Shown here piece after piece: positions 1 to 9,317 of a DNA stretch of 64,000 bases. Positions within the stretch are counted from its first letter, which is position 1; every line of letters starts with the position of its first letter. The translations under genes and the position numbers were made by a program. Below the pieces are notes generated by a model. The model was not told where the DNA came from, did not search any database, and saw only the letters and a list, made by a program, of their open reading frames with translations. The stretch spans positions 748 through 64,747 of the forward strand of contig JAYVSO010000069.1 in assembly GCA_043775315.1 (NCBI GenBank). Reading direction: 5' to 3'. The DNA is from Verrucomicrobiota bacterium. Its GTDB lineage: Bacteria; Verrucomicrobiota; Verrucomicrobiia; Limisphaerales; CANJSG01.

Positions 1-1073
1 TGATAATGCTTCGCATCGCCTCCCGTCCCGCCGCCCTGGTCGATCTCCGCGCCCTTGAAATCGAACACCTTGTAGTTCGCGCCATCGATCACCAGCGTCC
101 CCTTCTCGCCGTAGAACGCGATGCCGAAGGCTGAACCCTCGAAGCCGCGCGGATGCCAGCTCCGTCCCTCCCAGGTGATGGATTTGTCGCCGAAGTCGAA
201 CGTGACCGTCTGCGTGTCGGGCGTCTCCTGATCGTCGTCGAAGCGATATTTCCCGCCGCCGGACGTGACGCGCATCGGGTAATCCACGCCCAGCCCCCAA
301 CGGCAGACATCCAGCGCGTGGATGCCGTTGTTCCCCAGTTCGCCCGTGCCCCAGTGCCAGAACCAGTGCCAGTTGTAGTGAACGAGGTTATCCTGGAACG
401 GTCGCTCCGGCGCCGGCCCCTGCCAGAGTTCGTAATCGAGCCACTCCGGTGCCGGCGCCGCCTTGCCGTGGCCGATGCTGGCGCGCGTATTGTTGTACCA
501 GCCGCGCGAGAAGAGCACCCGCCCCACTGCGCCGCCCTTCAACTTCTCGATGGCCTCGATGATGGCGGGATAGCTCCGGCGCTGCGTGCCGAGCTGGACG
601 ATGCGCTTGTTCTTTCGCGCCGCCGCGACCATTAACTCGCCTTCGCGGGCGTTGTGGCTCGCGGGCTTTTCCACATACACATGTTTGCCGGCCGCACACG
701 CAAGGATGGTCGCCGGCGCATGCCAGTGATCCGGCGTGGCCACGATGAGCGCGTCGACATGCTTGTCGTCGAGGATGCGCCGGAAATCCTTCACCCCCTG
801 AGGCACGCGATCCTGCTTGTCCGAGACCGCCTTGACCGCGCGCGTCATCGCGCGTTCATCCACGTCGCAGAGATACGCGATCTCCGCGCCGCCGACGCTG
901 GTGAACCCTTGAGCCAACTGCATCCCGCGACCGTTCACGCCCATGACGCCGAGGACAATCTTCTCCCCCGGAGAATCCGCCGAGCGAAGAAGGGCGGGAG
1001 CCGCCAGCGCGGAAACCGCAGCCGCCGAGGAAACACGACGAAGGAACGAGCGCCGGGGAATGGGTGAGTTCAT
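1..1073 (-). CDS. Gfo/Idh/MocA family oxidoreductase with Tat signal peptide (3' end outside window)
   Basis: Not in ORF track; manual translation from ATG 1073: MNSPIPRRSFLRR... (twin-Arg), VLGVMGVNGRG, ATPDHWHAP, GKHVYVEKP, QLGTQRRS motifs; open to window edge. Confidence 0.9.
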   Translation of the reverse strand, partial: MNSPIPRRSFLRRVSSAAAVSALAAPALLRSADSPGEKIVLGVMGVNGRGMQLAQGFTSVGGAEIAYLCDVDERAMTRAVKAVSDKQDRVPQGVKDFRRILDDKHVDALIVATPDHWHAPATILACAAGKHVYVEKPASHNAREGELMVAAARKNKRIVQLGTQRRSYPAIIEAIEKLKGGAVGRVLFSRGWYNNTRASIGHGKAAPAPEWLDYELWQGPAPERPFQDNLVHYNWHWFWHWGTGELGNNGIHALDVCRWGLGVDYPMRVTSGGGKYRFDDDQETPDTQTVTFDFGDKSITWEGRSWHPRGFEGSAFGIAFYGEKGTLVIDGANYKVFDFKGAEIDQGGGTGGDAKHY

Positions 1074-1251
1074 GGAAGGGGAGGTTAGACCCGCCGCTAA
1101 CTTGGGCGACAAGAAAGATTCAAGTCAGATCCAAAGTCGAGGTTGAGGAGGTGAAGCAGCAAGCACCCATCAACCCCGCGCCGCTCCAGCCTCCGGTGGC
1201 GCGGTTTTGGCCTTTGAGCCTGAACTCCGAAGTCGCTCGCGGCGTGCGGTC

Positions 1252-1380
1252 GTGGGTCAGGCTTCCAGCCTGACGGTGGACGGGGCTTCCCAGCCCCGTC
1301 GTGCGGTGGGAGGAAAAGTGCCGCGTCGGATCACCGGGCTGGGAAGCCCGGTGAACCGTCAGGCTGGAAGCCTGACCCAC
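1252..1380. repeat. REP-doublet (REPIN-like) palindromic element, GTGG-type
   Basis: GTGGGTCAGGCTTCCAGCCTGACGGT at left and exact reverse complement ACCGTCAGGCTGGAAGCCTGACCCAC at right; two further internal hairpins with related GGCTTCCCAGCC cores; intergenic, downstream of purH. Confidence 0.85.
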
Positions 1381-1435
1381 ATCGGCTTTCACACCGTCCC
1401 ATTCAACTTCGGTTGTCGGATTGAGCTTTCCCAAC

Positions 1436-3013
1436 TCAGTGCCGGAAATGTCGGACGCCGGTGAACACCATTGCGAGGCCATGTTCGTCGGCCGCGGCGA
1501 TGACATCCGGATCTTTCACCGAACCGCCGGGTTGGATAGCCGCGGTCGCGCCCGCCTTGGCTGCGGCGATGAGCCCGTCGGGAAAAGGGAAGAAGGCGTC
1601 ACTGCACACGACGCTGCCGACGAGATCCAGCCTGGCTTCGCCCGCCTTCCACACCGCGATGCGGCTGGAGTCCACGCGGCTCATTTGTCCGGCGCCGATG
1701 CCGACGGTGCGGCCGGGCGCGGCGTAGACGATGGCGTTGCTCTTGACGTGTTTCACGATGCGCCAGCCGAAGAGCATGGCCTGCATCTCGGCGTCAGTCG
1801 GCGCGCGTTTGGTCACGACCCTCACGTCGTCGCGCGTGATGCGGCGCTGGTCGCGCTCCTGGAGCAGCCAGCTTTCGGCTCCGACACTGCGGGCGTCAAA
1901 GGGGCTGGAGGCGGCGAGGGGCCGGAGTGTTTTCAGGAGACGCAGGTTCTTCTTCTTCTGCAACAGGGCCGCGGCCTCGGGCGTGAAGTCCGGCGCGATG
2001 ATCACTTCGCTGAAAATCTCGGCAATGGCCTCGGCGCACGCCAGGTCGAGCGGGCGATTGACGGCAATGATGCCGCCGAAGGGCGCCTGCTTGTCCGTGG
2101 CGAAGGCCTTATCCCAGGCTTCGCGAAGACTCGCGCCCTGGCCGACGCCGCAGGGATTGGTGTGCTTGAGGATAGCGAGGGTGGGCGCGTCGGCATCGAA
2201 TTCGCCGATGAGCGCGGCGGCCGCGGTGAGGTCGAGAATGTTATTGTAGGAAAGTTCCTTGCCCTGGAGCTGCTGGAAGTATTCCGCGAAGTTGCCGTAG
2301 AGCGCGGCTTTCTGGTGCGGATTCTCCCCGTAACGGAGCGGCTGGGCGAGCGGGGCGTCCACGGTGAGGCGGGCGGGCATCGCGGCGGGCGCAGGAGCAG
2401 CGGACGCAGGAGCAGCGGGCCCGGCGAAGACCTTCGCGAGGTGCGCGGCAATGGCGCCGTCGTAGGCGCTGGTGCGCGCATAGACACGCGCGGCGAGCTG
2501 GCGGCGGAGGGCAAGCGTGGTGTTGCCCGCGGCGGAGATTTGCCCGGCGACTTCCGCGTAGTCGGCGGGGTCCACGATCACGGTGACGGAATCATGATTC
2601 TTCGCGGCGCTGCGGAGCATGGAGGGGCCGCCGATGTCGATGTTCTCGATCGCGTCGTGCAGCGTGACGCCGGGCTTCGCGATGGTCTGCTCGAAGGGAT
2701 ACAGATTCACGACCACGAGATCGATCGGGGGGATGTGGTGCTGCGCGACCGCGGCTTCGTGCGCCGCGTTGCCGCGGATGTAAAGCAATCCTCCGTGGAC
2801 GCGCGGATGCAGCGTCTTCACGCGGCCATCGAGCATCTCGGGGAACCCGGTGTGGTCGCTGAGGTCGGTGACTTTCAATCCGGCGTCGCGCAGCGCCTTG
2901 GCGGTGCCGCCGGTGGAGATGAGCTCGACGTTGGCCTGCGCAAGAATTTGCGCGAAGGCGACGAGGCCGGTCTTGTCGAAGACGGAAAGGAGGGCGCGCT
3001 GGATTCGGGACAT
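1436..3013 (-). CDS. purH: Bifunctional AICAR transformylase/IMP cyclohydrolase
   Basis: [50 protein letters not shown] terminus. Confidence 0.98.
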   Translation of the reverse strand: MSRIQRALLSVFDKTGLVAFAQILAQANVELISTGGTAKALRDAGLKVTDLSDHTGFPEMLDGRVKTLHPRVHGGLLYIRGNAAHEAAVAQHHIPPIDLVVVNLYPFEQTIAKPGVTLHDAIENIDIGGPSMLRSAAKNHDSVTVIVDPADYAEVAGQISAAGNTTLALRRQLAARVYARTSAYDGAIAAHLAKVFAGPAAPASAAPAPAAMPARLTVDAPLAQPLRYGENPHQKAALYGNFAEYFQQLQGKELSYNNILDLTAAAALIGEFDADAPTLAILKHTNPCGVGQGASLREAWDKAFATDKQAPFGGIIAVNRPLDLACAEAIAEIFSEVIIAPDFTPEAAALLQKKKNLRLLKTLRPLAASSPFDARSVGAESWLLQERDQRRITRDDVRVVTKRAPTDAEMQAMLFGWRIVKHVKSNAIVYAAPGRTVGIGAGQMSRVDSSRIAVWKAGEARLDLVGSVVCSDAFFPFPDGLIAAAKAGATAAIQPGGSVKDPDVIAAADEHGLAMVFTGVRHFRH

Positions 3014-3093
3014 AAATTAAGGGCGGTAAAAATCCCCGGCGGGCGCGGACGCGTCAATCCGGGAATGGAAAAACTGCGGAAGGCGGGAAACGC

Positions 3094-6000
3094 TCAGGGG
3101 CGTTTGAGCCGGAAGAAACGCGAGGCGGTCGAAGCGGGCAGGACGACGGTATTCCAGCCCGCGCGGACCTCCGGTAAAGGACGGACACTCTGCCAGGTTC
3201 CACCCGATTCATCCCGCGCCTCGAGCTGGTACTCCACCGGGGGCGCGGGCCAGCGCAACGTCCACTGCGACGAGGAGGTCTCGATCGTCAACTGGGGCAC
3301 GCCCTCCAGCTTGGTGATGAAGGCGTCGGAGCCGCCCGCCCGGTTGAGCTGAATCGGTCCGAGCGTGGGGAAATCCAACGACGAGGTGAAGCCCGCCACG
3401 TAAACACCGCCATCGGCATCGACCGCGACGGCCTCGCCGAAGTCATCTAGTTTGCCGCCGAGATAGAACGAGAACTCAAGCGTCGAACCGGTGGGGTCGA
3501 TCTTCGCCACCCAGGCATCGGAGCGTCCCGAGTTGGTCGATTGCCCCGCGGAGGGCGCATCAACAATCGGGAAGTTCTTGGACGCCGTCGCCCCCGCAAA
3601 GACCACGCTGCCATCCGCGGCCACGGCGGCGCTGAAGCCCTCGTCACCCTTCGAGCCGCCAAGCACGACGGAGTAGAGGACGTTCGAGCCGTCGGCGGAA
3701 AACTTCGTGAGGAAGGCGTCGTTGGTGCCGCCGAAAGAATTGGTGCCGGAGAGTCCGGCATAAACCAGTCCCGGAGGTGCGGCGAGCGACGCGACGGCCG
3801 GGATGTTCAACCAGGCGGCGTTGGTGGTGAAGGTGGAACCGGCATCCACGCTGCGGAACACACCGTTGGTGGTGCCGACGTAAAGATTGCTGGTGGCGGA
3901 ATCGAGGGCGAGCGCGGTGATGTTGGAGGCAACAACCCCGGCGCCGATGAGCGACCAGTTATCCGCGCCATCGGTGCTCTTGAAGAGTCCCCTGGCGGTG
4001 CCGGCGTACAGGGTGGATGGCGCAGATGCATCAAGCAGGAGGGCCTGGGCGCGCTTGCTCGGAGTGAGTCCGGTGTTGCGGGAGAACCATTGCGTGCCGG
4101 AGTTGGTGCTCTTGTAAACGCCGCCATCGGTGGCGGCATAGAGAATTGCGGGCGTGGCCGGGTCCACCGCGAGCGCGTTCACGGAAAGATTGCCCAGGCC
4201 GGAAGAGATACGCGTCCACGAGGCGGCGCTGTTGCTGCTGACATAGATTCCACCACCGCGGGAGCCTGCGTAAAGGGTGGAGGAAAGCCCGGGCTGCAGG
4301 GCGAGCGCGCGGATGTTTCCCACCGGGAGGCCGGCATCATTCGTGGTCCAATGGAGGCCGCCGTTGGTGCTCTTCTGCACGGTCGCCGCGGTACCAAGGT
4401 AGATCAGGTTCGCATCCGCAGGGTCGAGCGCGATGGCCGTCACGTCCTGCGATTCAAGGTCCGAGTTGCGGGAAACCCAGGTGACGCCGCCATCGGCGGT
4501 GGCGAAGAGTCCGCGCAGCGTTCCCGCGAACGCCTGCAAGGGCTGCCCCTCGGGAGAAGCGAGCGCCTGGATGTAATTGTGCGCGAGGCCGGTGCTCCGG
4601 ATCGTCCAGTTGCTGCCGCCGTCCGTGCTGGTGAAGACGCCGCCATTGTTGATGCCGGGGCTGGTGGGGAAATCCCTGGACGCCTTGCTTCCAGAAACGT
4701 AGATGTCGCCAGCGTCGTCGAAATGAACGCTGTAGCCCTGATCGAAACTAGTGCCGCCAAAGTAGGTGGAAAAGATCACCGAGCCGGCCGGGGAATACTT
4801 GGTGAGGAACGCGTCGCGTCCGCCGCCGCCGAACAGGGGCTGGAAGGCATTCGTGGTCGGGAACGCGTTCTTGGCCGGGAAACTCGGGGTTTGCGTGAAG
4901 CCGACGACCGCGGCGTTGCCATCGGCATCGACCGCGATGCCATTGGCACTCTCGCCCGAGACACCGCCAAGATAGGTGCCGTAGAGCAGCGCGGTGCCGT
5001 CAGGACTGAACTTCGCCACGAACGCATCATTGCCTCCCTTGAGCTTCGGCTGCGCGGCATTGTTGGTGGGCAAATCCTTGGAGTCGGTGAAACCGCAGAT
5101 CAGGGCGTTGCCGTCCGCATCCACGGCGACGCCAAGGGCGCTTTCGGTCCCAGCACAGCCGTAGAAGGTGGAGTAAATGAGCGTGTCGCCCGCAGGATTC
5201 AACTTCGCGAGAAAAGCGTCCGCGCGATAGACGGTGAAACCGCCGCTGTTGCTGCTCCTGATCTTCCTCTGGAACGCGCCGGGCGTAATCGGAAAGTTGG
5301 GCGAGGTGGTGTAGCCCGCGAGATAGGCGTTGTTCCCCGCGTCCAGCGCGAGGGCGAGGACACCATCGATGTCTTTGCCACCGATGTAGGTGAGGTAATC
5401 GAAGCCCGAGCCACCCGCATTGAGTTTAGCCACGAAGCCATCGCCGCTGGAGCTGCCGCGGTTGGTCTGAATCCCGGAGAGAGGGAGGGCCTTGAGGATA
5501 GACCTCGTGTCACCGGCCACGTAGGCGCTGCCGGAAGCATCCACCGCCACCGTCCAGGCGCGGTCGCGTCCGCTGCCGCCAATGTAAGTCGAGTAGCTGA
5601 TCACCGGGTCGATGATCAGTTCGCGGGCGTGGTCGTAAGCGCCGAGCGTGAACGTGACCGTCCGCGCATCCTTGAAGGCGTAGCGCACCGGCACCGCGAC
5701 CGGGAACCCGCCGGACTTCTGCCAGGCCTTGGGCGCATGCTGTCGGAATTGCTGCTTGCCGACGTGGATGAGCAGGTCGCCCTGCGCGTCGAGCTGGAGA
5801 CGATCCGCGCCGTCGAAGTGAATCGTGATGACGCCGGCATCCGCTCCGGGCGCGACGATGAAATCGTATTCCAACTGCTGCTGCCGTCCGTGAAAAACGA
5901 GGTCCACGCCCGGATACAACTGCGGGTATTCCACCTTGCCGTAGGCAGGAATGCCCGTGTGCCAGCCGGCGGGATCGTTGCCCAGGAGGTAATTCACCCG

Positions 6001-6291
6001 GCCCGCGAATTTCTCGACGCCAGTGCCGACCGTGGTCGGATTCGCACCGGGAAAACTCAGGCGCACCGTGCGGGTGGCATGGCTGCTTTCATCCAGGGTG
6101 ATGAAGGCTTCGCCGCGCCCAAGATAAACGACGTGCTCACCAGCGCGGGCGATGAATTGCACGCGCGGATCGGTCTGGCCCTGGTTCGCCTCGAAGTGCA
6201 GCGGGAGGACGGCCCGCGTCGGCGACGGCGTGGCGGCTGAAGCCGCGCACGCCACGACTGCGGACAGGAACGTTGCGAGTGGACGTGTCAC
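3094..6291 (-). CDS. Secreted SBBP-repeat beta-propeller protein with inserted BNR/Asp-box propeller and C-terminal RFFRL domain
   Basis: Signal peptide, FEANQGQTD and LEYDFIVAPGAD N-domain, IDPVISYSTYIGGSG SBBP repeats, repeated S-x-D/N-G-G-x-x-W boxes; GTGA overlap with skp stop. Confidence 0.85.
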   Translation of the reverse strand: MTRPLATFLSAVVACAASAATPSPTRAVLPLHFEANQGQTDPRVQFIARAGEHVVYLGRGEAFITLDESSHATRTVRLSFPGANPTTVGTGVEKFAGRVNYLLGNDPAGWHTGIPAYGKVEYPQLYPGVDLVFHGRQQQLEYDFIVAPGADAGVITIHFDGADRLQLDAQGDLLIHVGKQQFRQHAPKAWQKSGGFPVAVPVRYAFKDARTVTFTLGAYDHARELIIDPVISYSTYIGGSGRDRAWTVAVDASGSAYVAGDTRSILKALPLSGIQTNRGSSSGDGFVAKLNAGGSGFDYLTYIGGKDIDGVLALALDAGNNAYLAGYTTSPNFPITPGAFQRKIRSSNSGGFTVYRADAFLAKLNPAGDTLIYSTFYGCAGTESALGVAVDADGNALICGFTDSKDLPTNNAAQPKLKGGNDAFVAKFSPDGTALLYGTYLGGVSGESANGIAVDADGNAAVVGFTQTPSFPAKNAFPTTNAFQPLFGGGGRDAFLTKYSPAGSVIFSTYFGGTSFDQGYSVHFDDAGDIYVSGSKASRDFPTSPGINNGGVFTSTDGGSNWTIRSTGLAHNYIQALASPEGQPLQAFAGTLRGLFATADGGVTWVSRNSDLESQDVTAIALDPADANLIYLGTAATVQKSTNGGLHWTTNDAGLPVGNIRALALQPGLSSTLYAGSRGGGIYVSSNSAASWTRISSGLGNLSVNALAVDPATPAILYAATDGGVYKSTNSGTQWFSRNTGLTPSKRAQALLLDASAPSTLYAGTARGLFKSTDGADNWSLIGAGVVASNITALALDSATSNLYVGTTNGVFRSVDAGSTFTTNAAWLNIPAVASLAAPPGLVYAGLSGTNSFGGTNDAFLTKFSADGSNVLYSVVLGGSKGDEGFSAAVAADGSVVFAGATASKNFPIVDAPSAGQSTNSGRSDAWVAKIDPTGSTLEFSFYLGGKLDDFGEAVAVDADGGVYVAGFTSSLDFPTLGPIQLNRAGGSDAFITKLEGVPQLTIETSSSQWTLRWPAPPVEYQLEARDESGGTWQSVRPLPEVRAGWNTVVLPASTASRFFRLKRP

Positions 6292-6893
6292 TTCTTGTCG
6301 GCCTTGGGCAGGTCCGCCGGGGCGTCGGCATTGAGTGCCTTGAGCACCTCGGCGGTGATGTCGTTCTCGCCGTTGTTGTAGAAGACGACGGAGGTGCGGC
6401 TGAGCCCCTCACCCGCGGTGTCGAGCACGAGGGTGTATTTGCCAGCCTGGGCCTTGGTGGCGACGACGGATTTGATCTGGGCGAGAATTTTCTCCCGGGC
6501 CATGCGCTGCTTTTCCTCGAGGTTGCCGCGGGCGGTGCGGTCGAACTGCTTGATCTGCTGTTCGAGGTCATTGATATCGATCAGCTTGCCTTCGGCGGCC
6601 TTCTTGCGCTTGTCACGCTCGTCGGCGGAGATGGCCTGGTTGCTCGCGTCCTCGAGGGCTTTTTTGTAATCCTCGGTAATCTTTTGATACTGGTCGGTGA
6701 GCGCCTTGCGGTCCTTGTCGAGCGCGCCGGCCTCGTCCCGGATGGCGGCATCGGCGATCTTGGTCTTGAAGAAGTTGGTGAACACGCCCTGCAGATCGAT
6801 GATGGCGATCTTCTGCTCGGCAGCACCGGCGGTGAATTGGAGGAGCGTCGCAAGGCCCAGGGCCAGCAGGAGGCGGTAAACGATTTTGTTCAT
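6288..6893 (-). CDS. skp: OmpH/Skp outer membrane protein chaperone
   Basis: Signal peptide, KIAIIDLQGV, coiled coil, YTLVLD, DITAEVLKALN; directly downstream of bamA. Confidence 0.9.
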   Translation of the reverse strand: MNKIVYRLLLALGLATLLQFTAGAAEQKIAIIDLQGVFTNFFKTKIADAAIRDEAGALDKDRKALTDQYQKITEDYKKALEDASNQAISADERDKRKKAAEGKLIDINDLEQQIKQFDRTARGNLEEKQRMAREKILAQIKSVVATKAQAGKYTLVLDTAGEGLSRTSVVFYNNGENDITAEVLKALNADAPADLPKADKK

Positions 6894-6905
6894 AGGCGAA
6901 AGAGA

Positions 6906-9317
6906 TCAGAATTCACGGGTGTAGCCGACACTGAACTGGAAGCGGCCGCTGCCCGCCTTGCCCACAGAATTGTGAATGGGGATACCGTAGTCAAGGCGCA
7001 GCGGCCCGATGGGCAGGTTCAACCGGATGCCCAGACCCCAGTTGTCGGCATACTGGGAGAAATTGAAGTCGTAGGCATCGCGATAGACCATGCCGATGTC
7101 GTAGAAGAACGCAAAGCGCACCCGCTCGATAATCGGGATGCTGTATTCGGCGCTGCCGAACCAATAGGTGTCGCCGCCCAACGGCTCGTCGAAAACATCC
7201 CGAGGCCCGATGTCGCGGTAGCGGTAGCCGCGCAGCGATTCCAGGCCGCCGAGAAAGTAGCGGTCGAAGATCGGGATGTCCCTCGTGCCGTTGATGCCCT
7301 CGCCCACGCCGGCGCGGGCGCCGACTTCCAGCAGGTGCCCGCTGGCCAGGCCCCGGATGTAACGGCCGTGGCGCAGCTCGATCTTGTAGTAATCCGCCTC
7401 GCCGCCAAAGACCGTGCCCGCCAGCTCGGCGCGAAACTCGGTCTTCTGCCCCTTGGTCGGCAGCAGGTAGCTGTCCCGCGTGTCCCAGGCCAGCGACACG
7501 CCGACCTTGGAGATCAAAAGTTCCTGCGCCTCGGCGGCTATCTCGGGCGAAACATTCGCCGGAATAAAGACGGGACCCTTCCCCCCGGCCACCGTGCTCG
7601 GCCCGTGCAGATCCGGGTTCAGCTCGATGTTCACGTTTTCCAGTGTGTAGCTGACGCCGCCGATGAGGAATTCGCTGCCCAGCGCCTTGCGCAAGCCGAG
7701 CTTCATGCCCGTGTTGCGCTCGCTGTAGGTGTCGCTGGAACTGACGTAATTCAGGTCGCGATGGAACAGCTCGGTGGTGAACTCCAGCTTGCGCCCGAGA
7801 AACCACGGCTCAACGAAGGTGAGCTGATAATTCTGCAGCTCCGTGCCGATGGAGGCGCGCAGCCGGATCTTCTGGCCCGCGCCTGTGAAGTTCGGCGGGT
7901 TGAACAGATCGAAGTTCGCCTGGCTCACCTCGACGAAGCCGACCAGCGACTCGATGGAGGTGAAGCCCGCGCCCAACGTCACGTTGCCGGTGTTCTTCTC
8001 CGCCACCTGCACCGTGAGGTTGCGGCGGTTGGGCACATCCGTCGGCTCGGGCTGGGTCTCCACCTTCTCGAAGAAATTCAAGCCCTCCAGGCGCGCCTTG
8101 CTGCGCTTCACCTTCACCATGTCGAAGACTTCGCCGGGCGACACCGCCAACTCGCGCCGGATGACGCGGTCCTTCGTCTTGGTGTTGCCCTTGATCTCGA
8201 TCTTTTCGATCAGGATCTTCTCGGCTTCGCGGACGACATACTCGATGTCGATCGTGCCAGTCTGGATGTTGGCCCGCTTGATCGGGGTGATCGACGCGTC
8301 GATGTGGCCTCGCGATCCGTAGGCGTCCTTGATGGCTTCAACCGTCTTGGAAAGCCCTTCGGCGGTGAAGGTGTCTCCGGACATCATCTTCGACCGCTTT
8401 TTCTTCTCGTTCAGATACTGGACTGAAGACAACTGCTCGGTCGTGAACAGCTTGTTCCCGGTGAAGGTGACCTTGCCAACTTTGTATTGGCGGCCTTCGT
8501 CCACGGAGATCCGGAGGATCATCGATTTGTCGTTCGGACGGTCGATCTTGATGTCCTTGATCCGGAAATCTACGTAGCCCTCGTTCTGGTAAAACTCCGC
8601 CAGCTTGTCCTTGTCCTCCTCGAACTGCTCATCCTTAAGCACACCGGTCCCGATAAGCCAGGAGAACATCCACCAACGCCGCGTCTTCATCTCCTTGCGG
8701 AGCTTGCGCTGGCTGAAGGCGCTTGCGCCCTCGAAGATCACGTCCTTGACCTTCACCTTCGGCGCTTCGGTGATTTCAAACGTGACTGACCCGCGGCCGG
8801 AATTTTCGTCGATGCTGGAGACGGGCTTGACGGTGGTCTTCTGGTAGCCCGCCTTCTGGTAGAGCTTCTGGATCTCGAGCGCGTCGGCGAAGAGCTTGCG
8901 TTCGCTCAGCGGCTCGCCGGTCTTGGAAGTGACCTTCTTCCGGATCTTGCTGTCGCTGTATTTCTTGTTCCCCGAAAAGGTGACCGTGGAAATCGTCGGG
9001 TTGCCCTGGACCACGTAAGTCAACTTCATGCCTTCGGGCGCGATCTCTTCGCCGACCCGGATGTTGTAGAAGTAGCCCGTGGCGTAGAGTTGCCGGATGT
9101 CGTCGTCGACGCTCGGCCGTCGGTAGTCGTCGCCTTCCTTAAGGCGGATGTTGGCGCGCACCAAAGAGTCGCTGACGGCCGGAGGACCGACGTGCCGGAC
9201 GTCGATCTTGGCGATCTTGGGGGCGATCTCGCTTTGGGCACCGGCTTGGAGGACGGCCGCGCAGAGCGCCGCCATCGTCGACCAGGCCGCACGGTTTGGC
9301 CGGATGAGCTTACGCAT
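6906..9317 (-). CDS. bamA: Outer membrane protein assembly factor BamA
   Basis: POTRA repeats (GNTKTKDRVIRREL), FLGGLESLRGY, PIGPLRLDYG, C-terminal F; start placed at ATG 9317 overlapping the dnaB stop. Confidence 0.95.
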   Translation of the reverse strand: MRKLIRPNRAAWSTMAALCAAVLQAGAQSEIAPKIAKIDVRHVGPPAVSDSLVRANIRLKEGDDYRRPSVDDDIRQLYATGYFYNIRVGEEIAPEGMKLTYVVQGNPTISTVTFSGNKKYSDSKIRKKVTSKTGEPLSERKLFADALEIQKLYQKAGYQKTTVKPVSSIDENSGRGSVTFEITEAPKVKVKDVIFEGASAFSQRKLRKEMKTRRWWMFSWLIGTGVLKDEQFEEDKDKLAEFYQNEGYVDFRIKDIKIDRPNDKSMILRISVDEGRQYKVGKVTFTGNKLFTTEQLSSVQYLNEKKKRSKMMSGDTFTAEGLSKTVEAIKDAYGSRGHIDASITPIKRANIQTGTIDIEYVVREAEKILIEKIEIKGNTKTKDRVIRRELAVSPGEVFDMVKVKRSKARLEGLNFFEKVETQPEPTDVPNRRNLTVQVAEKNTGNVTLGAGFTSIESLVGFVEVSQANFDLFNPPNFTGAGQKIRLRASIGTELQNYQLTFVEPWFLGRKLEFTTELFHRDLNYVSSSDTYSERNTGMKLGLRKALGSEFLIGGVSYTLENVNIELNPDLHGPSTVAGGKGPVFIPANVSPEIAAEAQELLISKVGVSLAWDTRDSYLLPTKGQKTEFRAELAGTVFGGEADYYKIELRHGRYIRGLASGHLLEVGARAGVGEGINGTRDIPIFDRYFLGGLESLRGYRYRDIGPRDVFDEPLGGDTYWFGSAEYSIPIIERVRFAFFYDIGMVYRDAYDFNFSQYADNWGLGIRLNLPIGPLRLDYGIPIHNSVGKAGSGRFQFSVGYTREF

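Noticed and set aside
2390-2419. 15-bp tandem duplication in purH
   Set aside because: Encodes a Pro/Ala interdomain linker; two copies only, not a functional repeat.
1421-3352. Long antisense ORFs (also 3541-6240, 6273-8426, 24558-26552, 43264-45048, 57669-59531)
   Set aside because: Shadow frames of well-supported genes, expected in high-GC DNA; no recognisable motifs.
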